Shown here: one piece after another, positions 1 to 9,771 of the stretch
Layout: the number at the start of each line of letters is the position of its first letter
Position numbering within the stretch: position 1 is the first letter of the stretch
NCBI GenBank assembly: GCA_028279595.1
Contig: JANQNK010000020.1
Span: 160,001-224,000, forward strand
Source of the DNA: Thermoplasmatota archaeon
GTDB taxonomy: Archaea > Thermoplasmatota > JAKEGO01
Reading direction: 5' to 3'
Length of the DNA: 64,000 bases
Made by a program: the position numbers and the translations under genes
The notes under the pieces: generated by a model
The model's database searches: none
What the model was told of the DNA's origin: nothing
Seen by the model: the letters and a program-made list of their open reading frames with translations, nothing else

Positions 1-161
1 GTGTCACTCTGGTTGGCGTTGTCTATCGCATCCTGGATGGTGTTGAAATCGACCCATCGTCCCTCGTTGTCGTCGACTATCCTCGTTTCCCCAGTTGCAG
101 ATCCAATTATGATTAACAGAGAAAGAAACAGAAATGAAGCGACAGTAGTACGATTTCTCAT
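1..161 (-). CDS. N-terminus of a secreted surface protein with a probable right-handed beta-helix (NosD/pectin-lyase-like) domain; runs off the window
   Basis: Manual translation from ATG at 161: MRNRTTVASFLFLSLLIIIGSATGETRIVDDNEGRWVDFNTIQDAIDNANQSD. Signal peptide followed by the TIQDAID cap typical of archaeal beta-helix proteins. Confidence 0.75.
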   Translation of the reverse strand, partial: MRNRTTVASFLFLSLLIIIGSATGETRIVDDNEGRWVDFNTIQDAIDNANQSD

Positions 162-200
162 ATGAGTCCCATTATGGGAGTTCTGGGATAGTGTAAATAA

Positions 201-302
201 CTATCGAGAATCCGAACTGGTCAGTACCATCTTCTTCGCGATGATGAACGCCGCGAAAGCGGATACTACCGTCACTGCGGTGACCAGAGCTAGCTCGATC
301 AT
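201..302 (-). CDS. Small 33-aa single-pass membrane protein
   Basis: MIELALVTAVTVVSAFAAFIIAKKMVLTSSDSR*; GAGGA RBS-like element upstream; hydrophobic helix followed by KK. Below the ORF-track cutoff. Confidence 0.5.
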   Translation of the reverse strand: MIELALVTAVTVVSAFAAFIIAKKMVLTSSDSR

Positions 303-366
303 TGGCCTATCCTCGTCCGGTTGTGCGACTCATCCTTTTAGAGGCTTCCGGTAACGATGTAACAAC

Positions 367-1932
367 TCAAGTGGGTCGTCTGGCCAGAAGTACCGCTGCG
401 AACGCCAAGACGATCGTCATTGGCATGAACCCAGGGAGGCCATCGTCATCGTCGTCGCCACCGCCATTGCCACTCGGTCCGCCTCCCTCGTTGTAGACGG
501 TGACCGTCCTCATGTATATCTCCGAGGCTGCGTCCTCCGTGTGCGCACGTGCCATAATCGTGTAGTTGCCGTTCTCGAATTCGGTCGTATCCCATGTCGC
601 CGTCCACTCATCGGTCCCTTCCGCGAGGTACCAGCTTCCGCCGTCGAGCGCGGTCTGCACCGACGTTATATTCTCACCCGAAGACCAGGCGGTCCCTCGG
701 ATCGTGATCACTCCCGATACGACGGCGCCCTCCATCGGCTCGTCGATGACGCAGACGAGTCCGTCGTCTCCCGGAGTGAAGCCGTACTTCGCCATGTAGA
801 CCGCAGCGTAGGCGTCCACGATACCATATCCGTAGTCGCCGTTGTATTTCTCGCTGAGGTTGGCGTCCATCGGCTGTCCACGGGCCTCGGCGGTCTCCCT
901 GAGGATGTAATCGATGTCCTCCTGCGTGAGGTCCGGGTTCGCCTCGAGCATCAGTGCGGCTATCCCGGAGACGTGGGGTGCCGCGTACGAGGTACCGTCG
1001 GCCGAGTTCCATCCTGACCCGTCCTGATCGGAAACACTGTGTGTAGCCGAGAAGATGTCGACCGCGGGGGCAACCACCTCTGGCTTCAATTCGTCATGGG
1101 GATTGTCGTCGCCATCGTCCCGCCTAGGTCCGCGTGTCGAGCTGTCCCAAATCTCGTCGTCGTCCCTGTGGACGGTGTTCTGATCGTCGATCCCACCGAC
1201 GGTGATCGCTTTGTCGGCAGAGCCGGGTGCCCCGAACCCGTCGTTGTTGGGGCCGTCATTCCCTATTGCGACGACCACGACAAGTCCGTGGTCGACAGCG
1301 TTATCCACAGCCTGCGCGAGGTCGCTGGAGCCGTCGTCGTTGTCCTGGTTCGCATATGATATGCTCAGGACATGGATCCCGTCGTTCGTCGGGTCCTCGT
1401 CCCCCCAATCGTCGTGCATGTGGTCGACGCACCAGTTGATGCCGTCGATGAGGTACTGGTTCGTGCTGAACCCGGCGATGAGGTCGTTCGCGACCTTGAC
1501 CTCCACCAGGCCGGCACCGGGAGCGACTCCCGTGTTCGTGCCATTGTCCCCACCGAGCCCGACAGCGCATCCAGCGGTCATCGTCCCGTGGCCGTTGCGG
1601 TCGTCGGGATTGTTGGTACCGTCCCGGGGGTCCGTGGGATCGGGGATCTCCACTCCCGCCACCCATTTGCCGGCGAAGGTCTCGTGGCCGTCGTCGACGC
1701 CCGTGTCTATAACCGCGATATTAACGCCGGCACCTGTGTAGCCTAGTCCCTCCCAGACGTCATCGTAGACGTCGTTCGGCTTCGCCTTCACAGCGGGCAC
1801 GCTAATATCGAGGGCAGGATAGAGATAACTCTCGCTCTCGACATGTTCCGGGCTCTCAATGACCAGAGCAGGCGAGATGACCGTCATCAGAAGTAGCATT
1901 GCGATCGGTATGGTTCCCCTCAGCATGTGCAT
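367..1932 (-). CDS. Subtilisin-like S8 serine protease with Ig-like domain and C-terminal PGF-CTERM sorting signal
   Basis: Catalytic motifs IAVIDTG, NGHGT and GTSYAAPHVSG; signal peptide; C-terminus LPGF + TM helix + RR. Confidence 0.93.
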   Translation of the reverse strand: MHMLRGTIPIAMLLLMTVISPALVIESPEHVESESYLYPALDISVPAVKAKPNDVYDDVWEGLGYTGAGVNIAVIDTGVDDGHETFAGKWVAGVEIPDPTDPRDGTNNPDDRNGHGTMTAGCAVGLGGDNGTNTGVAPGAGLVEVKVANDLIAGFSTNQYLIDGINWCVDHMHDDWGDEDPTNDGIHVLSISYANQDNDDGSSDLAQAVDNAVDHGLVVVVAIGNDGPNNDGFGAPGSADKAITVGGIDDQNTVHRDDDEIWDSSTRGPRRDDGDDNPHDELKPEVVAPAVDIFSATHSVSDQDGSGWNSADGTSYAAPHVSGIAALMLEANPDLTQEDIDYILRETAEARGQPMDANLSEKYNGDYGYGIVDAYAAVYMAKYGFTPGDDGLVCVIDEPMEGAVVSGVITIRGTAWSSGENITSVQTALDGGSWYLAEGTDEWTATWDTTEFENGNYTIMARAHTEDAASEIYMRTVTVYNEGGGPSGNGGGDDDDDGLPGFMPMTIVLAFAAVLLARRPT

Positions 1933-1955
1933 TCCTCAGAGGTCCGTTAACGCGG

Positions 1956-1972
1956 TCCTTTATAATCTTTTT
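1956..1972 (-). promoter_or_regulatory. BRE/TATA box of the S8 protease gene
   Basis: Minus strand reads AAAAGATTATAAAGG about 25-30 nt upstream of the start codon. Confidence 0.5.
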
Positions 1973-2189
1973 AGTGGGAGTGTTACAAAACGTGTATCGG
2001 TGTGCCTGAAAGAAAATTCCAAGAAAAGCAACGCTCCTCCCACGGACGGGGAACGTCGCGTGATAGAGGTCCCTGCTGATTACTGCGCCTTCCCTTAGCC
2101 AGACTCGTATGGCCTATCTCTTTTTAAGCCCTTCGGTTTGGAAAAAACGCTTGAAACGTTAAAATATTGTGACAATAGGAAGTTCGATC

Positions 2190-2963
2190 CTACACTTCCA
2201 CCTTCCTCTTCCTGGGTTTCGGGTCAGGAGACCCGAGGTCCTCCCCGCAACGCGTGCAGGTGAACCTCCTGGTGTTCGTGTTGTAGGCTCCGATGCGTTT
2301 ATGCTTCGTGCACGAGGGTAACAGGTACCCGGTCCGCCGATCGATCGATCCCAGGCGCTCGAGTCCCTCGAAGAGCTTGGTCATGCGCTTGACGAACCCC
2401 CTGCTGTAATCTGCATCCAGGCGGGGCCCGGTCGGGCTGTTCATACGCAATCGCTCGTAATGCTCCTGACAGGACTGGACGAGCTTCGCATTCCTCTTCG
2501 CCAGCGGCATTGTCTTCAATCCAACCGGCTGAACGATGACGTAATGTGAATACGTTGACAGGACGAATCGGGGCAATCCCTTGGTGTCCAGGACCCTGAA
2601 GTCGAAGACGTCCTCGTGCGGTACCGAGATGACCTTCTGGCCGTGCTCGACCTTTACCGTGGTGGGAACCTCCATCTCGGGTCCGATCATTATCCCCCAT
2701 GCGGGGACGAAATCGAATTCCCTGCATTCGAACCTGTCATTGGTAAGACTGGTGATGCAGCTCTTCTGGACACCCTTCGTATCCGTCAGGGTGCCTGTCT
2801 CGTATGCGATGTCAAGCTTCGACATTCCCGTTGACTTCACCCTCTGCCCGTCCTTAGGGATCGCGGAGATGCATGCGGGTACCTGGGCTATCAGGTTCTC
2901 CTCGTCCTCTTCGGACTCATCCACGGCAGATAGGGGGTCAACCTTCGGTAACTCCTTCTGCAC
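2190..2963 (-). CDS. Hypothetical protein with C-terminal zinc-ribbon-like motif
   Basis: 257-aa ORF; CTKH...CTRC near the C-terminus; basic tail. Confidence 0.6.
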   Translation of the reverse strand: MQKELPKVDPLSAVDESEEDEENLIAQVPACISAIPKDGQRVKSTGMSKLDIAYETGTLTDTKGVQKSCITSLTNDRFECREFDFVPAWGIMIGPEMEVPTTVKVEHGQKVISVPHEDVFDFRVLDTKGLPRFVLSTYSHYVIVQPVGLKTMPLAKRNAKLVQSCQEHYERLRMNSPTGPRLDADYSRGFVKRMTKLFEGLERLGSIDRRTGYLLPSCTKHKRIGAYNTNTRRFTCTRCGEDLGSPDPKPRKRKVEV

Positions 2964-2995
2964 TGGCCAGGGTAGCGCTCTGAAAGTTTAAAAGA

Positions 2996-3496
2996 TTATC
3001 CGCCGAGCGGATCGAACTCGTACCAGTACCCCGTGCTCGACATGTGGAGGAACTCATCCTGCAGGAGGGCGAAATGACGCTTCTCCTGCTTGATTATCTC
3101 CTCGATCGTGTTCCTGGTCACCTCGTCGTCGACGCCGTCGAGGATCTTCCCGTAATGCTCCACGGCAGCCTGCTCGGCCTCCATCGCGAGTCTGAGCGCG
3201 TCGAGCTCGTCCACGTCAGGGTCCGCTCCCGAGGACTCCAGGTCCTTCGGGAACACCGGGATGTCCGCGTACTTCTTGCTCGTCTCCACCAGCTGCTGCC
3301 ATTCGTCGTGCGTCACCTGGCTCTCGAACATCTTCTGGAACGTCCTGAGGTGCATCTGCTCGTCCGATGCCAGCCCCTCGAAGATGGTCCTTCCCATGCT
3401 GCTCGATGTCTTCGCCGCGGCCTTCGTGTAGAATGCGTAGCCGTCCTTCTCCATCTGTATCGCCATCTCGATGGCGTTCCTGACGTTCAGATCCAT
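2996..3496 (-). CDS. Rubrerythrin/ferritin-like diiron protein
   Basis: AIQMEKDGYAFY, DEQMH and QEKRH ExxH pairs; GAGGTG RBS. Confidence 0.9.
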   Translation of the reverse strand: MDLNVRNAIEMAIQMEKDGYAFYTKAAAKTSSSMGRTIFEGLASDEQMHLRTFQKMFESQVTHDEWQQLVETSKKYADIPVFPKDLESSGADPDVDELDALRLAMEAEQAAVEHYGKILDGVDDEVTRNTIEEIIKQEKRHFALLQDEFLHMSSTGYWYEFDPLGG

Positions 3497-3577
3497 GATG
3501 ATGCACCTCTCCTGTTGTGGGTAGTTCCCCCGTACCTGGAATCCGCCATCGGATTAAAACCCTTTTCCCGACAGGAT

Positions 3578-5461
3578 TCACGCGTCGTGGTCCGGGATCC
3601 ACAGGTTTTGCGCGGGATCGCCGTAAAGAACGTACTCGTTGACGGTGATGGCTCCCTCGAACCCATCGCTCCCTTCGGACTCATCGTAGCCCTGGACGCC
3701 GATGACGTAGTTCTTGGAGTTCATGAGGGCGGTCCCGACGTCGTTGTCGTACTCGCATACCTGCTTGGAGAAGGTATCCACGAGATACAGTGCTCCCGTT
3801 CCGCGGATGACGTTCTCGCCGGAGACCTCTATGTCATAGAGTCCGTATGCCACCCTCGAGGCTCCGATGTAGCCCGTTGCACCTGAATACATCATCGCGT
3901 ACGCGAAGAACTGGTCGCTGGACATAGTGACGCTGTCCACCAGGCCGGTCAGACACGCCATGGCGATGGCGAACCCTGGCTTCATCGGGGCATCGTTGAC
4001 ATTATCGGCGGTGAACTCCCATCCGACGGTGGAGTACCAGCAGTCGATGTCACCGTGGCCGTAGTACACGTCGTAGTTCATCTCATCGATGAGCTCGCGG
4101 AGGTTGTCGCCCGTAGCGACGTCATAACCGAGGGGTGTGACGAAGAACCCAGCCTCCGACATCGTGACCGTCTGGTTCACCAGTGTGGGGGTGAGGATCC
4201 CGGGTCCAGGGCCTATCTTCGTCGTCCCGATGACCATCATCGAGTTCTCCTTCCAGTCCTCGGAAACGGTCTCGTAGGCCGTGTGGGACGCATCGTCCTC
4301 CCAGGCGTACTCGCAGACCTCCTCGTATCCAAGTGTCAGAGCGACAGTGCCCGATACGCTCCATGGGGTCCTGCCAGCGATCCGTCCGATGGCGATCTCC
4401 TGTTCCGGATCGTCGTCCGTGTTGGCGTACTGGTAGTCGCTCGGGGTGTACTGCCTCTCCTGGACGTAGGCGGTCATGTCGGCATAATGGAACGGAAGAC
4501 CGATGGGTCCGCCGACCATGCAGATGTACCTCGTGTCCATGCTCCTGAGCTGGAGTTCGGCAATGCCTCCGTCGACGGCCTCGTCTATGAGTCCCGAGAC
4601 GTTTGTTGCTGTCTCGAACGGAACACCCAGGTAGGTGTAGCCATCGCCGTAGGAGACATCCCACGTGTCGTATCCATCGACGTCGAGGATGATAGCCTTC
4701 CTGTAGGCGGCGACCTGCGATGCGAACGCTGAGATCCCCGGCACCGGGAGCACGTTGTCGCCCCATGGGAGATGTACGTCATTGGTATTCGTGACGACGA
4801 TGTAATCGACCGTCTCGCCGGATGACAGTAGTAGCTCCAGGTAAAGGTCATTGACATCCTCGGTCGCTAGTTCCAGCGTCTTGAACCCACCAAGGGAGGA
4901 CCAGCCGATCATGACAACGTATCGAACCCCCAGCTCCCTTAGGGTGCTCTTGACGTCCTTCTCGGTCCCGGTGGAGACCGGCACGATGGGGCAGCCGACG
5001 TAAGCGGCAAGGGGTCCGGCAAGAACACTCTCGGTATAGCCACCGGTGACTATTGCGACCTCCGAGGATATCCATCCTGTCCTTGCGATCTCCAGCCCAG
5101 TCTCGTTCGCCGAAGTGACGTCGAACGTCAACGATCCCCTGTCGGTGACAGCGAGGAACCTCTCGATCGGTTTGTAGTCGGAGGGGCCTGCGAGGAGAGG
5201 TATGTACTCGCCGGTGTCCGCCCTGACGGCCATCGGTGTGGCCAGGGGGACCGTGCGGAGCACTTCGTCCCTGTCGCCGTCGATGTGTATGACCGCATCA
5301 TCGACGTTGGGGTTGCGCTCCTCCTCCGAGGTCGAGAGTATCTCGATCCATGCGCTCATCGGCATGGATGGGTCTTCCTCGTCCTCCTCGGCCGGGAGCA
5401 TCATGAAGGCCATCCCGACGAGGACGGCCACGAGCACGATCGCAATGAGTTTGGGGTTCAT
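3578..5461 (-). CDS. C25 (gingipain-family) cysteine peptidase, membrane-anchored or secreted, with an N-terminal cell-wall-binding-2-like segment
   Basis: YYGHG (His), AMACLTG (Cys), EIAIGRI and terminal YVLYGDPA motifs. Start moved to MNPKLIAIVLV (AGGTG RBS, signal anchor). Confidence 0.8.
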   Translation of the reverse strand: MNPKLIAIVLVAVLVGMAFMMLPAEEDEEDPSMPMSAWIEILSTSEEERNPNVDDAVIHIDGDRDEVLRTVPLATPMAVRADTGEYIPLLAGPSDYKPIERFLAVTDRGSLTFDVTSANETGLEIARTGWISSEVAIVTGGYTESVLAGPLAAYVGCPIVPVSTGTEKDVKSTLRELGVRYVVMIGWSSLGGFKTLELATEDVNDLYLELLLSSGETVDYIVVTNTNDVHLPWGDNVLPVPGISAFASQVAAYRKAIILDVDGYDTWDVSYGDGYTYLGVPFETATNVSGLIDEAVDGGIAELQLRSMDTRYICMVGGPIGLPFHYADMTAYVQERQYTPSDYQYANTDDDPEQEIAIGRIAGRTPWSVSGTVALTLGYEEVCEYAWEDDASHTAYETVSEDWKENSMMVIGTTKIGPGPGILTPTLVNQTVTMSEAGFFVTPLGYDVATGDNLRELIDEMNYDVYYGHGDIDCWYSTVGWEFTADNVNDAPMKPGFAIAMACLTGLVDSVTMSSDQFFAYAMMYSGATGYIGASRVAYGLYDIEVSGENVIRGTGALYLVDTFSKQVCEYDNDVGTALMNSKNYVIGVQGYDESEGSDGFEGAITVNEYVLYGDPAQNLWIPDHDA

Positions 5462-5571
5462 GTTGGAACACCTACACCGAGCCATCCTGCTTCTCGCTAT
5501 TATTGATTTCGGTTGAATTGTAACCATCGAGCGCGCGACATCCTTTTCTACGGACCGGACGTTAAAGGATC

Positions 5572-6369
5572 ATGTCCGACAGGTGGGCCCTTCCCGATCG
5601 CTCAGCCGCCTTTGACAGGTGCGCCAGCAGGAACACCCAGGACATCCGTTGCGTCATCGATGTGATGGGCGAGGACATCGACAGCGCTGAAAAGGCGGAA
5701 GCCTTTGTTATCGACTACCAGCAGGTACTGGAGGAGATCGACAGGAGACGTCTCGACGTCTCGATATCCGTGAAGCCCACCGCCCTCGGAGCCATGTTCG
5801 ACAGGGGGCTAGCCCACGAGAACCTCCTGAGGATATGCGGAAAGGCCTCCTCGCTCGGGATCGGGTTCGAGATCGACATGGAGGGCACCCCCTTGGTCGA
5901 CCACACGATCGACGGTGCGATCGCCTGCTCACTCCTGGGTGCACCGGTGATGCTCGCCCTTCAGGCATACCTCGACAGGACGGAGGAGGACCTCGAGAGG
6001 GTCATCGACGCGGGCATCGAGGTCCGCCTGGTCAAGGGTGCCTATCTCGGCGACGTTCGCGATTTCAAAGCGGTCCAGAGACGTTTCGTGGACATCGTTG
6101 ACAGGCTCAGGGATGCTGGAGTCCCGTTCTGTGTGGGGACCCATGATCCAGAGATGGTGAGGTACGTCACCGGACTCGGGATCCCCGAGGACAGGATTGA
6201 GTTCGGGTTCCTGATGGGCCTGGGAGAGGAGACGAAGGTCGAATTGACGAGGGAGGGATGGCAGGTGTCCGAATACGTACCCTACGGTGACGACGTGAGG
6301 GCGTACGAGCTCAGGCGTGAGCGCTATCTGAAGAACATTGAAGCCATCGGAAGGGAACCTGTGCGCTAG
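5572..6369 (+). CDS. Monofunctional proline dehydrogenase
   Basis: SISVKPTALG, IDMEG, LQAYL, VRLVKGAY, GTHD, EFGFLMG and YVPYG motifs. Confidence 0.9.
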   Translation: MSDRWALPDRSAAFDRCASRNTQDIRCVIDVMGEDIDSAEKAEAFVIDYQQVLEEIDRRRLDVSISVKPTALGAMFDRGLAHENLLRICGKASSLGIGFEIDMEGTPLVDHTIDGAIACSLLGAPVMLALQAYLDRTEEDLERVIDAGIEVRLVKGAYLGDVRDFKAVQRRFVDIVDRLRDAGVPFCVGTHDPEMVRYVTGLGIPEDRIEFGFLMGLGEETKVELTREGWQVSEYVPYGDDVRAYELRRERYLKNIEAIGREPVR

Positions 6370-7322
6370 TATTGCCTGTACCTGGTAGACCCCTTCCCTG
6401 GATACCTTCTTTCGTACCCGGCCCTAGGCGGCCTCGGCGGTCTGTTGTACTTTTTCCGGTAGACCTGCCGTCGGTCGCGTTCGAAGGTCGTCCTCCGAGG
6501 TCTGCGTTTGACCTGCTTGGCCATCGTGTAGTTGAATTGCAAATTGCACTTGGGACACCGGGTACGACCACCCTTGACCTTGGGTGAATTGGCAACTGAA
6601 TGGGCAGTGAACTCGTAACTGCAGTTCGGGCAATAGACGTTCTTCGCTATGGAGAACTTCCGCCTTTCCGCGATGTACCTTACGAGGGGGTCCTCGACAG
6701 GTTCTGGCGGCCGTCTATCCCTGACATGCTTCGTCGACGGTACCGTATAGAGCTTCCTCTTGATGTTCGCCGTGATCCTCTTGAACTTCCTGTGCTCCAT
6801 CTTGAACCCGAAGAACCCTGTTGCCCTGATGTCTGAATCGTATTCCATCTTGACCTCGACACGCTTGCGGCCGACCTCGCCGACCGATATGGTCGCTATG
6901 CTTCGCTGATGGGGAAGCCGGCGGGACCCGATCACCACCGCGTCGCCGGGATAGACCGTGCCGTGACGCCGTCCGGACCATATGACCTTGAGACCTCCCT
7001 CGTCGAAGAGGGATCCAAGCATTGTCCTCACATCGTCGATGTTCCCCTTCACGATGATGTTGATCGATCTACCAGAGGTCCTGATGTCCCAGATTATATT
7101 GGCCAATATCAATGCATCCATGAACACCGCGTAGGCGATGGTCCGCGCCACGATCGGCGTCCGCAAGCGGAACGAGAAGATGGCATAAGCGATTAGGAGA
7201 ACCTGCAATGAGATGATCAGGGCGAGCTCGATGTACAACCGTCTGTTCACTCGCGATTGGGGCTGCCTTTGTTTGTATCGATGGGTTGGTGGAGGTGGAG
7301 TGTGCATGTAGTCCCTCTTCAC
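6366..7322 (-). CDS. Hypothetical membrane protein with a zinc ribbon and Arg-rich tail
   Basis: Two N-terminal TM helices; CPNC...CPKC. GTG start overlaps the upstream stop (GTGA); the track start is 7343. Confidence 0.65.
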   Translation of the reverse strand: MKRDYMHTPPPPTHRYKQRQPQSRVNRRLYIELALIISLQVLLIAYAIFSFRLRTPIVARTIAYAVFMDALILANIIWDIRTSGRSINIIVKGNIDDVRTMLGSLFDEGGLKVIWSGRRHGTVYPGDAVVIGSRRLPHQRSIATISVGEVGRKRVEVKMEYDSDIRATGFFGFKMEHRKFKRITANIKRKLYTVPSTKHVRDRRPPEPVEDPLVRYIAERRKFSIAKNVYCPNCSYEFTAHSVANSPKVKGGRTRCPKCNLQFNYTMAKQVKRRPRRTTFERDRRQVYRKKYNRPPRPPRAGYERRYPGKGSTRYRQY

Positions 7323-7555
7323 ATTCCGCCCTCCCTCATCCAATCATCGTGGTGAATGGCCGGGCCGTCGCTGGTGTCGATCTGTCCCTTCCTCCCGAAT
7401 CCTCGGTACATCACCTCAGCGATCACAAGTCCAACGGCAAATACGAGTAGATATGACATTTCTCGGTCCTGCGCTCCGTTTACCGCTATCCACGTGATCG
7501 AGAACGCCACCAGACAAATGGGGACCGCTAGCAATATGATGGTACCCAGGTCCAT
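7319..7555 (-). CDS. Small two-TM membrane protein
   Basis: MDLGTIILLAVPICLVAF...; RBS AAGGGAG. The longer track ORF overlaps cysK and was trimmed. Confidence 0.6.
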   Translation of the reverse strand: MDLGTIILLAVPICLVAFSITWIAVNGAQDREMSYLLVFAVGLVIAEVMYRGFGRKGQIDTSDGPAIHHDDWMREGGM

Positions 7556-7641
7556 CTCTCCCTTTGCATTCCTCGATACGATGCTCCTCATCGGTCCCTG
7601 CACCAACTCTCTATTGCCGTGTCTGGATAAAAAACCGTCGC

Positions 7642-8559
7642 TCAGTAGAGGTCTTCCATGGAGAGGTATCGCTCGCCAGAATCGGCGAACACCGCAACGA
7701 TCAACTTCCCCTCGTTCTCCGGTCTCCTTGAAAGTTCGCGAGCCCCCCAGGCGGTCATCCCGGACGTGATCCCGGCTAAGACCCCCTCGGTCCGGGCTAC
7801 CTCCCTGCAAGTCTCGAACGCATCCTCTTCTGTAACAGTGATGACCTCGTCGAGGAGGGACCTGTCAAGCAGTTTCGGTACGAATCCAGGGCTGGTCCCT
7901 GCCTGTCTGTGAGGTCGGAAAATGCCTTGCGAGATCATCGGAGCGATAGCGGGCTCTACACCCACCACCCTGAACGATGGTTTGAGCGGTTTGATGTACT
8001 CCGCCGTCCCCATGAGCGTACCTGTGGTCCCGAGTCCGGCGACCATGATGTCGATCTCGCCGTCGGTGTCATTCCATAGCTCCGGTCCCGTCGTCTCCCG
8101 GTGGGCCATCGTGTTCGCGGGATTGGAGTGCTGTTCTATGTAGAACGAATCGTCGATCTCGTCCAGCAGCTCGAGCGCCCTTCTCTTCGCCCCGGCAGTA
8201 CCCTCCGCGGCTGGTGTCAGCTCCAGCTCCGCGCCGAAAGTACTCAGAAGCCGTTTCCTCTCGACGGTCTGGATCTCGGACATACAGATCATCAATCTGT
8301 AGCCCTTCATCGCGCAGATGTGGGCGAGGGCAAGACCCGTGTTCCCGGAGGTCGCCTCGATTATCGTGGTATCCTGGGTGATCCTACCGTCCTTCTCGCC
8401 CTCCGCGATCATGTACGAGACGGGACGGTCCTTGACGCTGTAGGGGTTGAACATCTCCATCTTGGCCGCAAGTCGCGCCGGCAGTCCTTCGCCGAAGCGA
8501 TCCAGATACATGAGAGGAGTGTTGCCGATAAGGTCCGATATCCCCTTCGCGATGTTCAA
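7642..8559 (-). CDS. cysK: Cysteine synthase (O-acetylserine sulfhydrylase, PLP-dependent)
   Basis: LIGNTPL, SVKDR PLP lysine, EATSGNTG, GTTGT, DSGERYLS. Confidence 0.93.
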   Translation of the reverse strand: MNIAKGISDLIGNTPLMYLDRFGEGLPARLAAKMEMFNPYSVKDRPVSYMIAEGEKDGRITQDTTIIEATSGNTGLALAHICAMKGYRLMICMSEIQTVERKRLLSTFGAELELTPAAEGTAGAKRRALELLDEIDDSFYIEQHSNPANTMAHRETTGPELWNDTDGEIDIMVAGLGTTGTLMGTAEYIKPLKPSFRVVGVEPAIAPMISQGIFRPHRQAGTSPGFVPKLLDRSLLDEVITVTEEDAFETCREVARTEGVLAGITSGMTAWGARELSRRPENEGKLIVAVFADSGERYLSMEDLY

Positions 8560-8623
8560 ACTGTCACCAAGACCTTAACCCGTGGCTTGATTAAAAGGAT
8601 TGGGCAGGACCGAGGGGACCGCA

Positions 8624-9739
8624 TCAGGAGGTCCTGCCCGGAAAAGTTCGATTTACCACTGGTGTGATCCTCCGGGTCCTCCAGCGTTTCCCCAGGGCAG
8701 AAACGGCCCGGCTGGATCCCTCGGTGATCACGAATATACTGTATATGTAAGCAAAGAGCAGGGCGATCGACCTGTAGTTCAGGTATGGCCATTCGGAATA
8801 GGACTTCATCATCCCTCCGAAGGCGATCAACGGACCGAGGGAGGTGTAGACCATATCGGGGTCATGCTCCGCGTTGTACGGCGCACCGGAAGCGTTGTAG
8901 ATGATCGTCGTCCTTCGTTCCAGGATCTCCTCCATGATGGCCTCCTCGGTGAAGGTCGTCGCGTTCAGTAGGGTCCATCCGTGGACGTTCATCCCGGCGG
9001 GATCGTGCATGTCCGAACCGGTCGCGAGGCCGATCCCGTAACCCTGGGCGATGTTGAACGAGTCGATGTCGTAACCCATCTCCTTGGCGTTCTTACTGTT
9101 GACGATCTCGAAGTAGTCGATACCCCATTCGATCAGTTCGGTCCTCGACGGGATGTCGGCACCGTCGTCTACCGAACGCGGGTAATGGTTCACCATAACG
9201 ACCCCACCAACGGCATGAGCGTCGTGGATTACCTGCCTGATATCGTCGTCCGAGGGATGCGATGGAACGTGGTTCCCCATCCAGGAGAAGTGCCGGACGA
9301 AATCGTCCGATGTCCCTATGATGTTCATGTGGATCCTCTCGGTGGTCCATTCCATACCGATGATCACCTTGAACGAGTCATTGTATCTGGCTCGGGCGAT
9401 GTCCCTCGCTGCGAGGGCTCCCGATATCGTGTTGTGGTCCGTTATCACCGCAGCGTTGAAACCGTGTGCAATGTGCCATTGGATGTTCTGTTCTGGGGTG
9501 AGGACCCCGTCGCTGCTCGTGGTATGGCTATGGAAGTCGATCACTACGGACCAGACCGATCCGTTGTAATCCGGTCCGTTGTTCATTCCGTCCCAGTCGC
9601 CGTTCTTGTATGCATACGGCGACCTGTAGACGTCGTGTGCCATGAGCCCGGTCGTCATGAACATCATGACGATCAGCGTGAAGGCGATCAACCTCCCCTT
9701 CACGGAGCCATGGCTACCGTTTACAGCATTACCTCTCAT
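8624..9739 (-). CDS. Membrane-anchored PHP-domain metallophosphoesterase
   Basis: DFHSHTTSSDG, ITDHN, GMEW, NHY and GSDMH motifs; N- and C-terminal TM helices. Confidence 0.85.
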   Translation of the reverse strand: MRGNAVNGSHGSVKGRLIAFTLIVMMFMTTGLMAHDVYRSPYAYKNGDWDGMNNGPDYNGSVWSVVIDFHSHTTSSDGVLTPEQNIQWHIAHGFNAAVITDHNTISGALAARDIARARYNDSFKVIIGMEWTTERIHMNIIGTSDDFVRHFSWMGNHVPSHPSDDDIRQVIHDAHAVGGVVMVNHYPRSVDDGADIPSRTELIEWGIDYFEIVNSKNAKEMGYDIDSFNIAQGYGIGLATGSDMHDPAGMNVHGWTLLNATTFTEEAIMEEILERRTTIIYNASGAPYNAEHDPDMVYTSLGPLIAFGGMMKSYSEWPYLNYRSIALLFAYIYSIFVITEGSSRAVSALGKRWRTRRITPVVNRTFPGRTS

Positions 9740-9771
9740 TGGATCCCCACCTGGTTCGCACTAAGTCCGTC

